A DNA stretch of 43,095 bases from Amoebidium appalachense. Its lineage: Eukaryota; Protista; Ichthyosporea. Of the stretch, positions 38,821 through 43,095 are shown in pieces (positions within the stretch are counted from its first letter, which is position 1; the number at the start of each line of letters is the position of its first letter). The translations under genes were made by a program, and so were the position numbers. The stretch spans positions 1-43,095 of the forward strand of contig CAVNZM010000038.1 in the NCBI GenBank assembly GCA_963693365.1, in the 5' to 3' direction. The notes under the pieces are model-generated. The model was not told the DNA's origin. It searched no databases and saw only the letters and a list, made by a program, of their open reading frames with translations.

Positions 38821-41800
38821 GTGTGTGTGTGTTACGTGTTTGTTTGTTTTTTTTTTTTTTTTTTTTTTTTTTTTTGGGGGGGGGGGGGAGGGGGGGGGGA
38901 GGGGGGCTACCTTGAAAACGTGTTTCCTGTCAGTGTAGCCACACGTGCATGCCGGGGGGGGCTTCTTGCCAGCGACCACAAGCCAGTTGACCGTGGCAAA
39001 ATTTACCGCCTCGGCCAAGCTGCTACCAGTAGCATACCCAAAGTGGTATGCCCCAGGCAATGTGTAGATGACCTCGCCGGCCTGCTGAACCGTGTGCTGC
39101 ACAGGAACACCCTTCTTCATCAAGTAACGGGGGTGGATGAACACAGACTGTCCCACCCACATGTTAGTCATATGAAAAACCGGGTGGTCGTTTTTGTAAG
39201 TGCTTTTTTGTTTTTTGTTCTTCACGTCATTCACGTCAGTGTCTACCACTCCCTCTCTCTCTCTTCTTGTAGTCCTCTGTTGTGTGTGTGGTCGTTTTTT
39301 TTTTTTTTTTTTTTTTGGGGGGGGGGGTGGTGAGGGATTACCTTATGCTGTGTGACTTTCTTGCAGATACCGGCCCCCGAAAGGCCAAGCCTCTTGTAGA
39401 TATCCTCGAGGATAGACGTGACCTGTCCATTGTACTCTGCACTGATTATATACCAGCCTTTGTCTCCGGGCCCACGGGCCATGATGTTGACACTTCCGAG
39501 CAGAGCGTCTTCTGTGTGGGGCACAAACGGAGACCCCGTCGTGACACTGCAAGGAGGCATGTGATTGGGGTTAAAACAATAATTAGTTCCGACTTCGATG
39601 TGATCCAATACATTCCGAGAAGACCTGACCCATGTTTGTTGTTGTGTTTTTTTTTGTTTTTTTTTTTTTGGGGGGGGGGGGGAAGGGGTGGGGGGCATAC
39701 TTATAGAGCATCGGTGTTGAGATGCCCTCACAGTTCTGGAACTCTCTCGATACAATCGACCCCAGCGTCTCCAAGCTGAACATGTAGTCGATTTCTTCCC
39801 TCACTACCTGTACACACACCACATTGCATCAACACAACATACACTCTCCGCACAAACACACGCACACACCCATGCCTACACAACATGCACTCTCTGCTGC
39901 ACAAACACACGCACACACCCATGCCTACACAACATGCACCCTCTGCTGCACACACACGAATACACCCATGCCTATACAACATGCACCCTCTGCTGCACAC
40001 ACACGAATACACCCATGCCTACACAACATGCACCCTCTGCTGCACACACACGAATACACCCATGCCTACACAACATGCACCCTCTGCTGCACACACACGA
40101 ATACACCCATGCCTACACAACATGCACCCTCTGCTGCACACACACGAATACACCCATGCCTACAGAATACACCCATGCCTTCACAACATGCACCCTCTGC
40201 TGCACACACACGAATACACCCATGCCTACACAACATGCACCCTCTGCTGCACACACACGAATACACCCATGCCTACACAACATGCACCCTCTGCTGCACA
40301 CACACGAATACACCCATGCCTACACAACATGCACCCTCTGCTGCACACACACGAATACACCCATGCCTTCACAACATCACACACACGAATACACCCATGC
40401 CTACACAACATGCACCCTCTGCTGCACACACACGAATACACCCATGCCTACACAACATGCACCATCAGCTGCACACACACGAATACACCCATGCCTACAC
40501 AACATGCACCCTCTGCTGCACACACACGAATACACCCATGCCTACACAACATGCACCCTCTGCTGCACACACACGAATACACCCATGCCTACACAACATG
40601 CACCATCAGCTGCACACACACGAATACACCCATGCCTACACAACATGCACCCTCAGCTGCACACACACGAATACACCCATGCCTACACAACATGCACCCT
40701 CTGCTGCACACACATTAATACACCCATGCCTACACAACATGCACCATCAGCTGCACACACACGAATACACCCATGCCTACACAACATGCACCCTCAGCTG
40801 CACACACACGAATACACCCATGCCTACACAACATGCACCCTCTGCTGCACACACACGAATACACCCATGCCTACACAACATGCACCATCAGCTGCACACA
40901 CACGAATACACCCATGCCTACACAACATGCACCCTCAGCTGCACACACATGAATACACCCATGCCTACACAACATGCACCCTCTGCTGCACACACACGAA
41001 TACACCCATGCCTACACAACATGCACCATCAGCTGCACACACACGAATACACCCATGCCTACACAACATGCACCCTCAGCTGCACACACACGAATACACC
41101 CATGCCTACACAACATGCACCCTCAGCTGCACACACACGAATACACCCATGCCTACACAACATGCACCCTCTGCACAAACACACGCACATACACACACAT
41201 GACATACACGTACCTCACTGGGTGTATGGGTGTTTTTAAGAGGTGTCAGATCCGTTCCGTAAAAGAACATTTTACTGTAAGTTTCCGGTAAGCAGTCCAA
41301 TTGCCCCCAGAACTCCTCCTCATCCAACGGGTCCCCCTGCTCAATCGTGTTAGCTCCTGTTCACGGTAACCATACCCTAATGGTTGCAAATACGCACCTC
41401 TGGAATTTGCTCTTTGATGTCGTCCCTATAAACGAGGAAGACATCCTTGATGGCGGTAGCCTCCAGACAGATTTTGGTGTAGGATTTTCTCACTGGTGTG
41501 GCCCAAGCAGCCTCTTCCAGCCCCTGCACTACCGGTTCGGGAAGCATGAACTTGACGGCACCAGCTGCCCGAACCTCGTGTCGTTTTTCCATTACCCTAA
41601 CTATCGTCTCAAATGAGAGCTTTTCTAACTGCAGTTGGCTGAGATGTTTCACGGGTACCTCGGTGAACCCCACCGACTCCCCTGTCTCCGCCCCCTGCTG
41701 TTGCCCCCTATCCGCCTCCTCCGCTTCTTGCTCTGTGTGTGTGTGTGTGTGTGTGCCATGCGTGTGTGCACGTGTGTGCCGGGTGTGTGTGCATGTTTGT

Positions 41801-41993
41801 GCCGGGTGTGCGTGTGCGTGTGTGTCGGGGTGGGGGGTAGGATTAGCCAAGGTGGATGCACGTGTGCAGGTGTGTGTCTCTCTCTCTCTCTCTGTGTATG
41901 TGTGTGGTGGTGGTGGTGGTTGGGTGTGTGTGGCGGGGACTAGTCGAGGTGCCCAGGTGCATGCATGCGTGCAGACGTGCAATGGCTTGTGTG

Positions 41994-42028
<35 letters not shown>

Positions 42029-42710
42029 GCGGGGGGATAGCCCAGGTGCATGCGTGCGTGCAGACGTGTGATCCCTTCCGTGTGTGTGCGGGGAGAGGGG
42101 GGATAGCCCAGGTGCATGCGTGCGTGCAGACGTGTGATCCCTTCCGTGTGTGTGCGGGGAGAGGGGGGATAGCCCAGGAGCATGCATGGGTGCAGACGTG
42201 TGATCCCTTCCGTGTGTGTGCGGGGAGAGGGGGGATAGCCCAGGTGCATGCATGCGTGCAGACGTGCAATGGCTTGTGTGTTGGGGGGGGGGGGAGGGGG
42301 GGGAGCGGGGGGATAGCCCAGGTGCATGCGTGCGTGCAGACGTGCAATGGCTTGTGTGTTGGGGGGGGGGGGGGGGGGGGGAGCGGGGGGATAGCCCAGG
42401 TGCATGCGTGCGTGCAGACGTGTGATCCCTTCCGTGTGTGTGCGGGGAGAGGGGGGATAGCCCAGGTGCATGTATGCGTGCAGACGTGCAATGGCTTGTG
42501 TGTTGGGGGGGGGGGGGGGGGGGGGAGCGGGGGGATAGCCCAGGTGCATGCGTGCGTGCAGACGTGTGATCCCTTCCGTGTGTGTGCGGGGAGAGGGGGG
42601 ATAGCCCAGGTGCATGCATGCGTGCAGACGTGTAATGGCTTGTGTGTTGGGGGGGGGGGGTTACCCGGCCTGAAATCCCAAGGAGATGTGTTGCGGGTGT
42701 GGCGGTAGCC
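38407..42710 (-). CDS. Spliced KDM4-like JmjN/JmjC histone demethylase; exons 41732-41398, 41336-41214, 39807-39701, 39546-39342, 39147-38911, 38496-38407, plus a tentative upstream exon ending at 42665; start not found
   Basis: All introns are GT-AG and phase-consistent; spliced product reads FYGTD...EGISTPMLYNVTTGSPFVPHTED..GSVN...KGWY...ICKKVTQHKSVFIHP...QQAGE...PGAYHFG...AEAVNFAT..W...CTC. Confidence 0.9.
39855..41180. repeat. 47-bp minisatellite filling a JmjC-gene intron
   Basis: cacacacgaatacacccatgcctacacaacatgcaccctctgctgca repeated over ~1.3 kb. Confidence 0.97.
41950..42660. repeat. G-rich two-variant minisatellite, probably intronic
   Basis: Core gggggatagcccaggtgcatgcgtgcgtgcagacgtg alternating with two spacer types. 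Confidence 0.92.
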
Positions 42711-43082
42711 CTCTGCCCCCTCTGCCCCTCCCTCTCCTCCCCCCATCCCCACCCTCTCCCTCTCCCTCCCCTCCCCCCCCCCCCCCCCTCCCCCTCTCCC
42801 CCCCCCCTCTCTCCCCCCCCCCCCCCCCTCCCCACCCCCACCCTCTCCCTCTCCCTCCCCCCCCCCCCCCCCTCCCCCTCCCCCCTCTCCCCCCTCCCCA
42901 CGCCCACCCTCTCCCTCTCCCTCCCCCCCTCCCCCCCCCTCTCCCTCTCCTCCCCCCCCTCTCCCCCCTCCCCACCCCCACCCTCTCCCTCTCCCTCCCT
43001 CCTCTCCCCCCCTCCCCCCCCCCTCTCTCTCTCTCCTCCCCCTCTCCCCCCTCCCCACCCCCTCCCTCTCCCCCCCTCCACT
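42711..43082. repeat. C/T-rich low-complexity tract
   Basis: Almost entirely pyrimidines on the + strand. Confidence 0.95.
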
Positions 43083-43095
43083 CTTGCCCGCTTTC

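Noticed and set aside
39824-41239. 471-, 422- and 277-aa repeat ORFs on the + strand
   Set aside because: They are stop-free readings of a 47-bp minisatellite lying in an intron of the minus-strand gene
41843-43081. Gly/Glu/Arg-rich 412- and 372-aa ORFs
   Set aside because: Low-complexity DNA; at most a short exon near 42665-42710 is plausible

Overview
This is eukaryotic genomic DNA. Bases ~1-37300 look like a gene-dense giant endogenous viral element (Nucleocytoviricota-like). It encodes a pox A16/G9/J5-type entry-fusion protein, two penton-like minor capsid proteins, an A22/RuvC Holliday junction resolvase, a D5-like SF3 helicase, a Nudix hydrolase, KilA-N, T5orf172 and Bro-like DNA-binding proteins, an HNH nuclease, two CE-clan protease-like paralogues, a C2H2 zinc-finger protein and an orthodox aquaporin. 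Several accessory genes carry frameshifts, while the structural and core genes are intact. Many genes share an AGGTATAAAAG TATA box, usually 42-45 nt (up to 60 nt) before the ATG. At 33047-36533 an element bounded by inverted 50-bp repeat arrays carries a 626-aa orphan ORF and truncates a viral nuclease gene. From ~37300 the DNA is rich in micro- and minisatellites and contains a 6-7 exon KDM4-like (JmjN/JmjC) histone demethylase gene on the minus strand, which the ORF track shows only as fragments. No major capsid protein, PolB or packaging ATPase is visible, so the virus family cannot be assigned. All family calls come from recognising motifs by eye, not from database searches.
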